Both the position numbers and the translations under genes were made by a program. Shown here piece by piece: positions 39,716 through 56,309 of a DNA stretch of 64,000 nucleotides (the first letter of the stretch is position 1; the number at the start of each line of letters is the position of its first letter). The notes below the pieces were generated by a model, which was not told the DNA's origin, made no database searches, and saw nothing but the letters and a program-made list of their open reading frames with translations. Source of the stretch: the human T2T-CHM13v2.0 reference genome, Homo sapiens; NCBI RefSeq assembly GCF_009914755.1, contig NC_060933.1, one strand, 5' to 3'.

Positions 39716-40856
39716 TATCCAAAAGGGTCTTTTTGAGGATGTGGCTTTTAAGTTGAAGCCTGAAATGTCGGAAATTGTGGACCAGATGATTAATGGGAGG
39801 AAGTGGGTTTTAGAAGAAAGAAAGAATATGTATGAAGGCCCCCCAGGATGGAAAGAACTTTGTATGTTCAAGGAACATACAGAGGAGGGACCTACATATA
39901 GGGACAAAGGGCAGGTGGTGCTGGATGAGGCTGGACAAGTGAATAAGCACAGCCACACCCAGCTTCGTAGATGCTGTTAGGGAGTATAAGCAGGATAATC
40001 AATGACACTGTGTTTAGCTGAGCTGAAAAGAATAGGGAAGACTTTCTGGAGGTGGTGGACTTTGAGTTGGACTTTAATGGACAGATAGAACTGTATTAGG
40101 CTGTGGTATTCAAAATAGCTGTTCTGAGATTAAAAAAAACTTGTGCTTGAATGTAAATCAATACATTACTTTCTTCATCAAGGCAGCCTTGCATTGGGCC
40201 ACCTGGCATTCATAGGTAGGAGGTAGAGAAGAAGAGAGAGAAAGAGAAATTTGGTAAAGCAGGTGCAGTCAAACCAGATCACAGAAGGGTACAAATAGTA
40301 GGATAAGGAGTTGGGACTTTATGCTGTGGGCAATTGTGGGACATTAAATTTTCTTTTTAGAAGAATGGCAAGATTAGAGCTATAGTTAGAAAGATAATCT
40401 AGCATGATGTCATGGCTGGGTAGATCCAAGGGAAGAAAGTGTGGGGCAGTGATCAGAAACACTGTGGAAGTTCAGTTCTCTCTTTTGTGGTTTCATTAAT
40501 TTAACAAGATTTGTTTTATCTTTGAAATGATGGCTGTGGCCTAAAATGTGCTATTATTTATTGTCATCTTCCCATGCTAATTTTTGGTGATGATGCTGAC
40601 TTTTGATGAACAAAGCCAGGAGTCTTCAATAAAATAAAACAGAAGTCTTGAGAACAAAAGTCAATTGTGGTCTGCTAATTTTTAGCATATTTATTTATTT
40701 ATTTTTGGAAGTGAGGAGAGTGTCTATTCTGTAAATGTTGACTTGGGCAAAATATGAAATTTTACACAGACCTATCACTTTCAGAGTAATGTCAAAAGGA
40801 TCACGTAGAGAAATTTGGTGAATTATCAGCAGGTTAGTTGTAGATAAAAGACAGCA

Positions 40857-41185
<329 letters not shown>

Positions 41186-41689
41186 ACACCACAGCAATTA
41201 CTTTTACTATAAAGGCTGCAAATAAGATTTATAGAAGAGAAAGGGGTGAGGTGGAGAAGAAGAAAACAACTGCAGGCAGTCTAGGGAAAAAGTGAATCTC
41301 GTGTGCACATATTCTGGGTAAACTAATTAGCTGGTATCAAGTAAATATTTCAGGGTGGACAGTATTTCTTTGAGAAGACAGGCTAGAGATGTCAAGGGGA
41401 ACCATTCCCATTGTTTATGGATTCTCTGGAAAGCCTGGAGAGTCTGGTTGAGGCACACATGTGATGGGCTTCTTCTCTGTCCTCCTGCGTCCTTGCCGCG
41501 GCACCTTCACCACTTTCTTCATCAGAACTTCTCAGCTATCAAACTGATGTTATCAAAGTGATGGGAGTAACATAGTGCTGAGCATACTGTAGGTGCTCAA
41601 TAATGCTCTTTAAAACACATGCACTTATGGGCACACACAAATTGGAGTGGTGACAAATGCCTAGTCACACGTCAAAGAAGCCTGTAGAG

Positions 41690-41902
41690 CAAGCATGTCC
41701 AACCTACAGCCCGCAGGCTGCATATGGCCCAGGACGGCTTTGAATGTGGCCCAACACCAATTTGTAAACTTTCTTAAAATATTATGAGATTTTGTTGTGA
41801 TTTCCTTTTTAAGCTCATCAGCTATCATAAGTTAGTGTATTTTATGTGTGGCCCAAGACAATTCTTCTTCTTCCAGGGAAGCCAAAAGATTGGACACCTC
41901 TG
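41690..41902 (-). mobile_element. MER30
   Basis: Reverse-complement orientation relative to 37917-38122, with TSD CTGTAGA(G/T). Confidence 0.9.
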
Positions 41903-42153
41903 CTGTAGATGGTTCTGTTTGGTGACTGGCTTTAGTTAAGGGAATAGAGTTATCATCAGACCTGATGCTCCAGGCTCTTTCCCTCCCAGCTTTGTGTGTG
42001 ATTCCTCTAGAATATACATCCATGCTTCACTCACATCTGCCGTTAATAACCTGTCGATGGGATCTGTACTTTACGTGTTCTGTGATGTGAACATTTTGGA
42101 CCTTTTTCATAGAATACTCTCCTATCTTAAGCCTGCATACATAATTACTATAA

Positions 42154-42779
<626 letters not shown>

Positions 42780-43008
42780 TTACTATATTTTCTATAAGGC
42801 CAGACTCCAAATCATTCTGAAGTCACTTCTTGAAGCCATTTCCTATTCCCTCCGTTCACAACAGTCTCCCTTCTCTAAATGCTTCTTAATAAATTTACCA
42901 ACACATCTCCTATATATTTATTACTTTTGTCAATTCATTCAGTAAACATTTCTTGAAAGCCTACTCTGTTATTTAATGAATGTTTACTAAGTGCCTTTAT
43001 TATTATCA

Positions 43009-43298
43009 TTTTTTTGAGACAGAGTCTCGCTTTCTCGCCCAGGCTGGAGAGCAGTGGCACAGTCTCGGCTCATTGCTTACTCCGTGCCCCTGGGTTCAAG
43101 CAATTCTCCTGCATCAGCCTTCCGAGTAGCTGGGATTACCAGCACCCACCACCATGCCTGGCTAATTTTTGTATTTTTAGTAGAGATGGGGTTTTGCCAT
43201 GTTGACCAGGCTGGTCTTGAACTCCTGACCTCAGGTGATCTGCCTGCCTTGGCCCCCTAAATTGCTTGGATTACAGGCGTGAGCCACCACGCCTGGCC
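43009..43298 (-). mobile_element. AluSx
   Basis: Full dimer with TSD CTTTATTATTA. Confidence 0.95.
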
Positions 43299-45100
43299 CT
43301 TTATTATTAAATATATTATTCCATTCATGACTTGAAGCCATTCTACAGATAGGGCTGTTATTGCCATGTTACAGATGAAGAAGCCTGCACTTGGGAAGAT
43401 TATGTGGCTTTCTAGAGGCAGACAGCTAAGTGGGTTAGTAAGGTGACCAACCATTCTGATTTGCCCAGAACTGAGGGGTTTCAGCAATTGTGAACTTTCA
43501 GAGTCTTGGGCAAGCCAGAATGGTCAGTCAACTGACCTAGATTTAAACTTTACTCTTTGCCGACTTTGACCTTAGGCAAATTTCTTCACCTCTCTGAATC
43601 TGTTATTTCATCTGCAAATTTTGGTCCTGAGAAAATTAAACAGATCACGTGTATACAATGATTAGCACAAAGGAACAACTCAAAAAGTAGCAGCTATTAT
43701 TATCCTTAAAAGGCTTTGGGCTGTTAGTTATTTGGAAAGTTTATGCCTGGGATCTGTGCTTTCAGCAAATCTAAATATGTGTGGCCTGAAGTAGAGGTGA
43801 CAGCCTCAGAGGCTGTTATCACGTTCTTTTCCTTTGCAACTATATAGAAGTTAGAGAGAAAGGAGAAAGCAGACATTTAACAAGCAATTATACAATTGCT
43901 TCATTAACTGACAATATTATGAAGAAACACCAGGTTTTCTGTAAACCTATGGAGGGAGATAGGAGTGTGACTGATCTGGGTAGTCCAGGAAGGCATCTCA
44001 GAGGAGGTGATTTTTACTAGCTCTGAAGGGCAAACAGCTGGGTGACTGTGAGTATGGAGGGTTTTAGGTGCTTTCAGTCAGAGGGAATAGCATTTAGAAA
44101 AACCCTGAGGCTGGAAGGAGCCTGGCATGATTGAGGGTCTGAAAGGTGGCTCTTGTGGCTGGAATACAGATAGAGAAGGAAAGGAGAGGCTGTAGTTTCT
44201 GGCTGTGATTCTGGACCCTCTGTGGGTCCTTGAATCAATCTGACTGTGCCAATGTCAGGGGTATTGTTTCATCATCACTACTATAATCTGCGTAATCACA
44301 GCACTTGTCCATAGAGCTCTCACTATGTATCAGGCACAGTGGTAGGCACCTTCCATGCATTATTTTATAGGAACTTCCCAACAGCCCTGGGAGAATGGCA
44401 TTGTTATCTTTGTTTTACTGATAAGGATACTGAAGTTCATGGAGTTCCTTGACTTGCCCAAGTCATACAGTTAGTAAGTAGAAGAAATGAGTTGGAAGCT
44501 AATTCCATTTTATTGTACAACCCCAGTCTCTTTATACCACACTCATTGCTTCTTCCAGTCCCCCTCTTCCTCCTCAACTCCAACACTCAGCAAAGTGCAA
44601 ATTGGTATTTGCTCAGCGGATTATTGCTATGATTATTATTTTGGTCAGCAGATGGCAGGTTTAGGACATCACCTCCCCTAAAAGTGGTACAAATAAGGAA
44701 TAGGAAACAACAAAATAAGACATCCTGCATCATGAAATAGGCATCTACACTATAGGAAGATGAAATAGAATTGAGATAAGCTATTGGATGATGGATCCAA
44801 ATGAATTACCTACAAATGAATATTCAAGGACAGAGTGAAATACTAAGGTAAATCTGTCATCTTTGAGTGACATCACTTTGGCCACTGGATGTCACGCAAA
44901 AATTCCACACCCAAATCCTGGCTTATGCATTCAGATGTTTAAGAGCTGCTTCACTAATTTACTGATGAACACTTTGTCATATGTAATTGGATATAACATA
45001 TCACCTCCTTGGTTCGTTGGGAGGACTAAATGAAAGCACTCATATGGAAATATAATGTTTGGATACATAAATGAATTTTGCTTTATTATTTTAACTTAGC

Positions 45101-45653
45101 CAGTGGTTCTCAAAATGTGGTCCAGAGACCCTTAAGTATCCTTGAAACACTTTTAGTGAGCTCACGAGGTCAAAACTATTTTCACCGCAATACCAGCATG
45201 TTATGGTTCTTTTTCAGACTCATTCTCTCCTGTAAGTGGAGCTTTTCTGAGGTTGCATGATGTATGATATCTGCAACGGACTCAAGGAAGAAGCAGGTAT
45301 GAGAATCCAGCTGTCTCATATTAAGCCAGAGATAGAAGAGATTTACAAAACTCTAAAACCAATGTTGCTCTTAGCATTTTTTTAAATGTTATTTTTTCAT
45401 AAAAATATGTTAAACTATTTCTGTAACTCTTTACCTATTAATTTATTTTAAAATAATAATAACCCATGACTCCCACTGCAACAGGATTATTGCTGTTGTT
45501 TTAAAATAAATTAATAAGTACAGATTTTTTAAGTTTCTCAGTTTTTATTTCTAATAATATTCATAGATAAAGCCGTATGCACACAAGTTTTTTGGAGTCC
45601 TCAATTTTTAAAAGGCTACGGAGTTTTGAGACCAAAATGACTGAAAACTACTG
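45101..45653. mobile_element. Non-autonomous hAT-Charlie element
   Basis: CAGTGGTTCTCAAA...TGAAAACTACTG termini; internal 'gaggtcaaaactattttca' and 'atgagaatccagctgtct'. Confidence 0.8.
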
Positions 45654-47059
45654 ACTACATTAACGTTTAGGAGACATTGTTGATTCTGTGCTGCCTACTC
45701 CCAGTGCAATAAAAGTAATTTGTAATTAATCCTTAGTAATTCTGACAAGAAAATGCCAACAGCAATGATGTGAAGGCATCCTGCTGCTTTTAAAGGAAGC
45801 AAGACTTAATATGCAGAGAGTTAAGAGCTATTTCACAAAAATAATTACATCTGGGTTCACTTTAACCCAAGGGCATGGATTGCAAAATGTAATTAGAGCA
45901 CATTTTCTCAAATATTAATTGCTATTTCTTTAATAGAGGAAAATCGTAATAGAAAAAAATAAAAAAGGAACTCCACCTCTCGGAATTTCACTATGCCAGG
46001 CTTCTGGCCAAGGGCATGTGATGGCTTCTTTTCAGCAGTCTTGAAGGGGTCTCCTCACAAGCAAAGCAATGCAATCTGCATTGTGATCCTGATTCTGCTA
46101 TCAGCTTGCTGCTCTCCCTGGGTTCCATTTTCCTCATGGAGGTAGGGAGAGAGTATCTCTTGGGTCCTTCCTTGAGAGACTCATCTGTATTGAGACATCT
46201 GAAACAGAATGAGGAGCGGATAAAGAGGGCATTTAGGAAGCCAATGCAGTGATGGCCAAGACCAAGACTTTGGATTTAGTCAAAGAGAGGCCCATAGGAG
46301 CCCAAGGAGAGATTGTAGGAAATCTTGCATCCAAAATTCCAGGAGGGATTAAGGGAAAGTAGTGGGTATGTATAAGGAGCAAAGTAGGAGTTTACTTGAG
46401 AAGAAGAAGCTGTCACATAGTTGATGAGAGCAGGCAATCCCTGAGTAGCACATGGCCACTTCCAAATCCAGCAAGGACATTGGGGAGGTCCCCTTGCTGG
46501 CTTATGTCTAAGCTTGACATGTCATCCTACAGGAAACACATACAGTCTGGCTCCACTTTCTGACAGTACGGTAACTTCTTTTGTTAGGTTATGGACTGGA
46601 ATCTGTTTATAGGCAAAAATCTTAAAAGGAAGAAACATATGCCAAATGTTGGTCTCAGTCTTGCGACACATTCTTGTGTTTATGGCATCATCCAGTGACT
46701 CAGCGTTGCTTTTTGGATAGGGTACAAATGCTTCATGGTCTCTTTCCTGCTGTCTTTGCAAGTTTGCTCCTGAGGGCTTCTGCAGGCACACTCTCCCCTT
46801 CAGCTGATCGTAACCACTTCAGATCCTTTAAGTCCCAACGGAGCTCGCTCTCACACCCAAGCCTTTGCACATGCTGGTCCTTCTACCTGGAGGCCCATTC
46901 CCCTAAACTGGCTGACTGGCTAGCTTTCAAGTTCTCAGTTTAAATGTCATCTTCTTAGAACCACCTTCCCTGCAGACTAAAGTAAGCTTATAGTTTATCT
47001 ACCTCCATTATTCTCTCTCATGGTACCTCGTTTTAGGGCTTCATAATACCTATCATATT

Positions 47060-48900
47060 TTATAATTTTTGAGATTGAGTATTTTTGGAAATTAACTGCC
47101 ACTTTATCAAGTTAAAAAACATGCTGAAGGTTTATAATGAAAACAGCAGTGCTCTGCCTATGAATCTCTACCTCACTTGGTCCTGCTCTCCAGAGAAATC
47201 ACTTGGAACTGTGCTAGCTGTCTCTTCTAATACATGCCTCAGTATTTCTAGCAAATATGCTTATATTGTTATATATTGATTTATTAATATTAGACTTCTA
47301 CTGATTTTCTGCTATAAAAGGAAAATTTAGATCTTCTATACATCTCTTCATTTCTCCTCTTGCTTTAATATTCATTTCACAATTTTTGGATAAATCCAAA
47401 TCATTGTTTATGTTTTTATGATTATACAAAAATTATTTGCAGAGTCCAAGTAGTATACTAGGATCATATATTTTCTTGTCCAACTTTATTCTTCCTAAAA
47501 TTGCCTGTTTACCTCCAGTTGGTGTTGTTTGTTCTACATTTATTTTTATCTTTTTTTCACCCATTCCATCAGATCACTAATTAGTTTTTCCTTTTAAATC
47601 AGGCGTTGGCAAACTCTTTCTATAAAAGATCATATAGTAAATATTTTTAGACTTTTTGGTCCAGACAGCCTCTGTTGCAACTACTCAACTCAGCTGTTAA
47701 AGTCATGGGCAATATGCAACTGAGCTGCAGACAATATGTAAATGAAGGGGGGCAGCTGGCCATGTTCCAAAAAACCTTTATTTACAAAAGCAGGTGGTAG
47801 GCAGGATTTGGTCCACGGACTGCAGTTTGTCAACTCCTAATCAAAATGATAAAATAGACCAGATATTATTTTTTTGTAATGCTTTACTTTCCCAAAGCCC
47901 TGTCCTAGAGCCCCCTTGCCTGCGTTGCTATCTGTACTGCTGGTTCTCTTTGTGTCCTACCCTGCTGGCATCCTGGAACTTCCCCCCACTGTTTTCCTGT
48001 TTTAGACCCCTTGTTTTTTGGACCTCCGCACTTCCTCTTTCTTGTTTCATTCCTTGGTTTAGCTGGAGGATATTCTCAAGTAACCTCCTAAAAAAGAGGG
48101 TGTAAAAGGGAGGTAAATTTTCCGAGTCTTTCTATGTCTGGAAATGTCTATATGTTCCTCTTATGTCTTTTGATAGCTTAGCTAAGTAATGTATTCCAGA
48201 TAAAATATTTTGTCAGAATTTTGAAGGCTTTCTTCAGTTATTTTCTGACTTCTAGCATTTCTGGCAGATGACTGATTGCCATTCTGATTCCTGTTTGTAT
48301 ATGATCTTGATCTTCTTCTCTCCTTGCCCTCAACCCTTTGTCTGAGAGGTTTTAGGAACATGTCTTTATCCCTGGAGTTCTGAAATGCATGATCATGTAC
48401 CCTGGCGTGATCATTTTCAATCTCATGTCTCACTTGTGTCCCAGTCTGTGTCTGATGTACGTGAGTCTGGAATTTCTTCAAAAGATTTCTCCAGATGCTA
48501 GCTTTCCTATCTTCTGTCTGTGGGGTTGCCATCAGGCTCTGTGGGGCCAAGGGAGGGAATCTACCAATTTAACTCTTCCTGCATTCAAATGTGCGGCCTC
48601 ATATCTTGCTCCTTGCCTCTGTGGGCATCAGGTCTCTAAGAGCCACACTTTGCAGGTATGTGTAGGGTTCATGAGAATGATTATGTTCAACATTCTCCTC
48701 TCCAGGCTTGTTAAGTTGAAGTTTTCTCAACTTTTCAACAAAGTTGATTATTACTCATGTATCTATTCCCTGTCTTTCAAAATTTGATTAAAATTTGTTG
48801 TTCATTTATACCTTAAAATAATTTTTGGTTCATTTTATTGGGAGAAGAAAAAGATATAACTGCTTATGACCTATCTGTTGTGTTTAACCAAAGTTCACAA
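47060..48900 (-). mobile_element. Ancient L1ME fragments containing a MER58 (47600-47838)
   Basis: Degraded L1 ORF1-region sequence. The MER58 reads 'caggcgttggcaaact..tgcagtttgtcaactcct'. Confidence 0.6.
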
Positions 48901-48921
48901 TTTGTCTCTATGTATGTGTTT

Positions 48922-49215
48922 TTTCTTTTTTTTGAAATGAAGTCTCACTCTGTCACCCTGGCTGGAGTGCGGTAGTGCAATCTTGGCTCACTGCAACATC
49001 CAGTTCCCAGGTTCAAGCAGTTCTCATGCCTTAACCTCCCAAGTAGCTGAGACTACAGGCACCCACCACCACACCTGAATAATTTTTGTATTTTTAGTAG
49101 AAACGGGACTTTGCCATGTTGGCCAGGCTGTCTCGAACTCCTAACCTCAAGTAATCTGGCCTGCCTTGGCCTCCCAGAATGCTGGGATTACAGGCATGAG
49201 CAACCACACCCAGCC
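48922..49215 (-). mobile_element. AluS (Sz/Sx-like)
   Basis: TSD TATGTATGTGTTT. Confidence 0.93.
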
Positions 49216-49747
49216 TATGTATGTGTTTAGTGGTCTAAAGCCTGTCTGCTTTCCTGCTAGGAAGAGGCTGTGTCTGTTTATTCACCCACTGTATCCATCA
49301 CACCTGGCTCCAAGTGGGTATTCTACACATATTTGACAAATGAGGGACTACATATTGAGTGAAATGGTTTGAGGAAGAGGCCTCAGGTGGGAGCCCAAGG
49401 AGACGATGCTGGGAGACACTGATCCTGTTTTATGAAGAGCCTTGAGTACTCAGGGCAAGGAGAGTGAATTTTTTCCTGGTTGGGAGCTTGTTAGTATTTT
49501 TTCAGTGGTGGGAGAGGTGGTGATGGTAGGGTATTTTGATCAAAGCAATTTCAGAAATAACTTTTCTGGTTGTGGTATGAAGGCTAGTTTGAAAAGGGTA
49601 CACATGTAGGAAATAAGATGCTATGAACCGACGAGAGCTTTTGAGAAAGGAAGAGTGGGACTGCAGAAAGTTTAGAGAAGAAAAATCAATAGGACTTTGG
49701 TTCTGATTTAATATAGGAGGTTAAAGGTGATTCTCAAAAACGCTTCC

Positions 49748-50048
49748 ATCCAGGCATGGTGGCTGACACCTGTACTCCCAGCTCTTTGGGAGGCCAAGGT
49801 GGGCAGATTGCCTGAGCCCAGGAGTTAGAGACCAGCCTGGGCAACATGGTGAAATCCTATCTCTACAAAAAATACTGGTTAAGGACATGGTGGCAGGTGC
49901 CTGCAGTCCCAGCTACTTGGGAGGCTGAGGTGGCAAAGTCACTTGAGCCTGGGGAGGTGGAGGCTGCAGTGAGCAGTGATCACACCACTGCACTCCAGCC
50001 TGGACAGCAGAGTGAAACCCCATCTCAAAAGCAAAATAGAACAAAACA
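49748..50048 (+). mobile_element. AluJ
   Basis: J diagnostics 'gagcccaggag' and 'gaggctgcagtgagc'. Confidence 0.92.
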
Positions 50049-51539
50049 TGATGGTTGTCTTAGCAGAAAGAAAGAATATGAAAGATTTTGGGGGGATGGG
50101 GAAGAATAGATAATGGTTTTCATTTGTCATACTTGAGGCAATAAAGGAACGTCCAAGTGGAAATGTTTAGCAGGCAGTTGGCTATATTAGAGGTGGGAAA
50201 TGAAAACAGGTTAGAGAGTTGTTCTCGCAGAGTAATTCAAGAAGAGAATGACATGAAGAAAGATGATTACTTGCTTAAGGTCATAAAACTGATAATTGGC
50301 AGGGCCCACACTGGAAGTCAGATCTGGCTAAACTCATGCCTCATGTTCAACCACAATAGTGTTCTGACTCTACAACTTTGTTGAGATGCAGCCAGAAGAA
50401 CAGAGACTTAGCACTGGCCTTGGGGAATACTCACATTTAACAAGGCAAATGACTTCTTAAGAATGAAGGTGCAAAATGCAATCGAAAGCTAATGAGGTAT
50501 GAGGGGAGAATACTGATGCTCCAAGAATGCCCTAAAATCTGGACAGGAGGGTAGGACCTGGTACCTTGGGCCAGGCAGCTTGGCTAGGCCCATTTGGCTT
50601 TAGCGAGGGCTGAAGTCTCCCACAGGCGCCTCCTGCTTTCACTCTGAGGACTTCTCCAAGACCATCAGTTGCACTTTCTTTTCATACACTTTCCATTCTG
50701 CCCACTGCTATGGTTCAAGCCAGAGAAAACTGTGGCCAAGTAGCAATTCTGAGAACATAAGCACGGCTGACATCCTGCCTGGTTTCTTCCACTCTTGCTC
50801 AGCCCAGAGCAGCCTGAGAGAATTTTGGTGAAGTGGTGTTTGGGGATTTTCAGAAGTGCCCTTGCAGGGAAGGGCTCCTGGGCTCTTCTCTCCCCTAGAC
50901 CCCCTCCCTGTCGCATGCCTTCGGGTTCATGGCATGGGCTGGGGGAGGAAGAGGAAGCAGATGCCATGAGAGTGGGGGCGTGGGCATGTAGGTTGTGAAA
51001 CAATATGAGAAACCTCCAGAGCCAGCAAAGAAAGTTTTATTTTTGGAATTTGGAATTCAAAGTTTTTCACACTCAACATTTCTGTGACTAGCAGGTGAGA
51101 TAAAAATCTATGTCATTCCACTGGTTTTCACCTTTGTTTTAAATTATCTGATTTTAAACAGAAATTATTATCAGTCTGATATTGTTTCCTTTTCTAAAAT
51201 GTGGTTTAATTTCGTAAAGAGCCGAGTAGGACGGCAGAGCTGAATCATAGGAAATGTCAGCATGCAAGCTCTACACCCATGATTACAAAACGGTGTTCTA
51301 GTAACCTTGGTGCTCTCCTTGAAAAAGCGTTCCTTAATCCTAGGTTTTTGTTTTCAACTAGGCAAATTTTCTCTTTGTTTGTTCTACCATATGATGTCTT
51401 TAATTTCATGCGAGAGAACTAATCATGGATCCTGAGTTTGAATCCTACTTTCTCCTCTTCCTTCCTGGGTAACAGTGGGACAGTTACATAACCTCTGAGC
51501 CTTAGTTGTCTCCCTATAAATGCAAATAAGAAGATGGAC

Positions 51540-51540
<1 letters not shown>

Positions 51541-51582
<42 letters not shown>

Positions 51583-51591
51583 ACACACACA
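51541..51591. repeat. (CA)n microsatellite within a MIR
   Basis: Direct reading. Confidence 0.95.
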
Positions 51592-53346
51592 ACTGGCACT
51601 TAGTAGGTGCTGAAATCTTCTTACTTCCTATCATTGAACAAGATTGGATAATTTTTTTTTTCTTTTGGCGGTCACTGACTCACCAAAGAAAAAAGAAAAA
51701 ATATCAATTTACTGTATGTTGTTAAATCAGGAGAGACAATTGTGGGTGTTTGTGTTTTGGATCTTATTTTTAGACATTACAAAAATGTTCCATGCACTGG
51801 ATTTTGAAATTAAGAATGAGGAAACATTATTTATATCTGAATCATAAATTACAACAAACGAAAATATTACACGTATGATTTCAGTTCTATATTACAGGTA
51901 TTTAAAGGGAAGGGAGAGAGGGAAAAGGAAGGGAAGGAAAAAAGGGGAGGTAGCAAACATACAAAATTGGCAGAGATATGAAAGACATGGCAAAGGTAAG
52001 AGACAGTGGATGTAGGTGCCATTGTTTGCAGATAAATATTTTTGGTTTTCCCCTAATTAATACTTGATCTATGGGTGCTAGAGTTATGTATTTGCTGCTG
52101 TAACTTCTCTTTGAAACCCATCTATTCATCCATTCATTTATCTGCCCCCCTTTCATTACTGTTTGATTTAATAAACAACTACTCAATATATCCTTTGTGT
52201 TTGGCCCTTTCCTAGGTGCTAGCAAGGCAAGAAATCAAGCCAACCTTGCTTTCCCAGAGCTCATAGTCTTGCAGGAGAGACAGACAAGTAAACAAATAGC
52301 AGCAGAGAATAATAAGTGACTGACTTGGATTTGGGGTGGTGGAAAGTCTTCATAGAGGAGGCAATTCTATGCTAAGACAGTGTGGTGGGTAGTTAAGAGC
52401 ACGGATGTTACAGGCAGATAGATATGGGTTTAATCCTGATTTACTAGTTGTGTGGCCTTGGTCAAGCTGTTTAACCTGAGTCCTCACTTCATATTTAAAA
52501 GGAGGATAAAACACAGAAACATAAAGTTTAGGCAAATTGTGAATAATACACATAAAAGCTTTGTATGTTGCTAGGCACACGATAGACCCTAAAATTGAAA
52601 CCATGATTTTCATTTCAAGGTACGGGATCTTTAGTTTATTAGAGTCTTAGAGGCACTCTGGGAAAGTTGGATGGGGTTGAGAGAACGTGTCTCTGTGGAA
52701 AAAAATGGGTTATGTACTATTACTGACTTTTCAACATTTCTGTTGAAACTTTTTGAAAACTTTTCTGAATCACAGTAGCTTAAGTATCAATGTTGAAACT
52801 TTGCTTTGGGGTGCATTCCCCTCTGTATTTCCTAAGGTTGGAAGAAATCAAACCAAGGGTGGGCGATTGACTATCTTTATCGTAGATTACCTCTTGGTTA
52901 AAAGACCCTAAAGCATTAACTCCTGAGATTAACTCTAAAGCATTAACTTCCAAAGCTCTTTGGAAGGCCATCAGCAACACCTGCAGCGCAAAGCTGTTGT
53001 CAAGCCTGTAATTATGAGTAGCACCAAGGGTACCAAATGGTGACGATATTCTAGATCTGGTTTCACTCTCTTAGCACAGACACTCATATACAGGATGTAG
53101 AGAAAGCAAGTAAAACCCTAAGATTAAAATAGAAATGGAAAGTAATCATTTTTTAACAAAGACCACTCTGAAGTTAGCTGTTTCTTCCACAGGAATAACA
53201 TTAATCACTAGGGGATAGAAGTGTAATTCATATCAACTCATTGGCTCTCCAGTTTATAGTTGTTTCTTCTCATGTAATGGCCCCTGTAACGCAGTGGCCA
53301 GATTTCCTCGTTGTCCTTGTGCCCATGGCCACAGTTGATTCTAAGG

Positions 53347-53524
53347 CAGTTGTTCTCAAACAGGAGTGTGCATCAGAATCTCCTTGTTACAATAGAGTTC
53401 TGGATCCCATCACCAGTGTGTCTGACGCAGCAGGTCTAGGGTGGAGCTTGAGAAGTTTCATTTCAATAAGTTCCCAGGTAATGCTGATGCTGCTTATCTA
53501 GGGAGTGAGCCTTGAGAACCACTG
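53347..53524. mobile_element. MER5A
   Basis: CAGTTGTTCTCAAA..GCATCAGAATC...TTGAGAACCACTG. Confidence 0.85.
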
Positions 53525-54970
53525 ACCTAGGAGAAGGTAACTGAGCTCTCTGTGTTCTTCCAGTGCACCCACCACCTTCCATCCTCATTCCAACCCCACT
53601 TTTCACATGTTTTCCAGGTATATTTTCCACTGGTTACAAATACAATAATTTTAATAAGTACTGGAGGGGAGCTTGTCTACAGCCTGGAGAAGAAAGGGAA
53701 TCAAAGTGTGAGGGGAACATCAAGGTGTTCTCTAACATCAGAAATCTGTGTGTCAAAACAAGAATAGGAGGTAGATCTTTTCAACCTGCCAATTTTCCCT
53801 CCCTCAAAGGAAGACATTTTTAACAATTTTTAAATGTCTGAAAATAGGCAGCTTTTGGTTAAAGATGATATATTAAACAAATTCATTTATCCTTGCACCT
53901 TCTTAAATAACAACACAATGCTAGCAGCTAAACTTTTGGCATAGTGTGCAGCATAAACCCTCAAGGACAAAAAGAAGGGTAGAAGGGATGATAAGAATAT
54001 TGAAAATAAGAAAGCAGATAGGCAACTGTTCCAACTGGCTTCTGTAGACCTGGGAATTCTGAGCTGTAAGCAGCAGAAGCTGGAGAGCGAGGGGATTTGC
54101 ACACCAGAGCCCCAGAAAAGTTCTGGATTCTGGAACTTCTGAATGAGGTAAAATTGGGCCTAAAAGGAGGAGTGACTGAGAATCTGTATAAAGAGCAAGA
54201 GAACTTCTAGGTCCACCCTACCCACTACATCAGGTGATGTCTTCTCCTTTGCCCTGGCATGTAGCTGGAGGTTTACTCTCAGAAGGCAGTGAATCAGAAG
54301 AGCTCTGGACTGGTGGACACCAGGCACAGTTGGAAGAAGGGGTACTTTATAGAAAATGGTTGGGGGATTAAATGAAAGTCAACTTATGGAAACTTTACAC
54401 TTTAGTCTTCTTCCCAACTTGAGCTCCCAGAATGTTGGCCTCCAAGTGTATGCCTTCCAGATTAGTAGCATAATGCTGCGATTTTAGAAGGTACAATCTT
54501 CTAACAATCTGTAGCTATTTTCACAAAAAGATTGAGGGAGAATGGAAGGGGTTTGTGGTGCAAGAGAGGCCTGCAGAGGATGTCCAAGCTGAGTTTAAAG
54601 TCAGCCATATTTACTGAGCAACTATTCTGTTCCAAATAACAAGCTGTGAGCTCAGATGATTCCCCAATAAGAAAGATTCAGTGTGCCCATCCCTCATTGA
54701 ATTAGATGGGAAGGTTGGAGGAAGGAACAGTGCATACAGAGGGAGATGGTGGAGAAAAGACATGCTGAGTTTGTGGAACAACAAACAGTTCAGTATTGTT
54801 GGCATGGAAAGTATAGATGTGTAGGGAGTATGGGAGGGAGGGAGGGAGGCCTGAAAGATGCTGCTTTGCTTATGTCCCTCTCTTTCTTTGTATGTGTTCT
54901 GTCACAATGCATATTATTTTATATGCATCTATTTTGAATCTTCATAAATGTAATCCATTCTCATTTTTAA

Positions 54971-56308
<1,338 letters not shown>

Positions 56309-56309
56309 A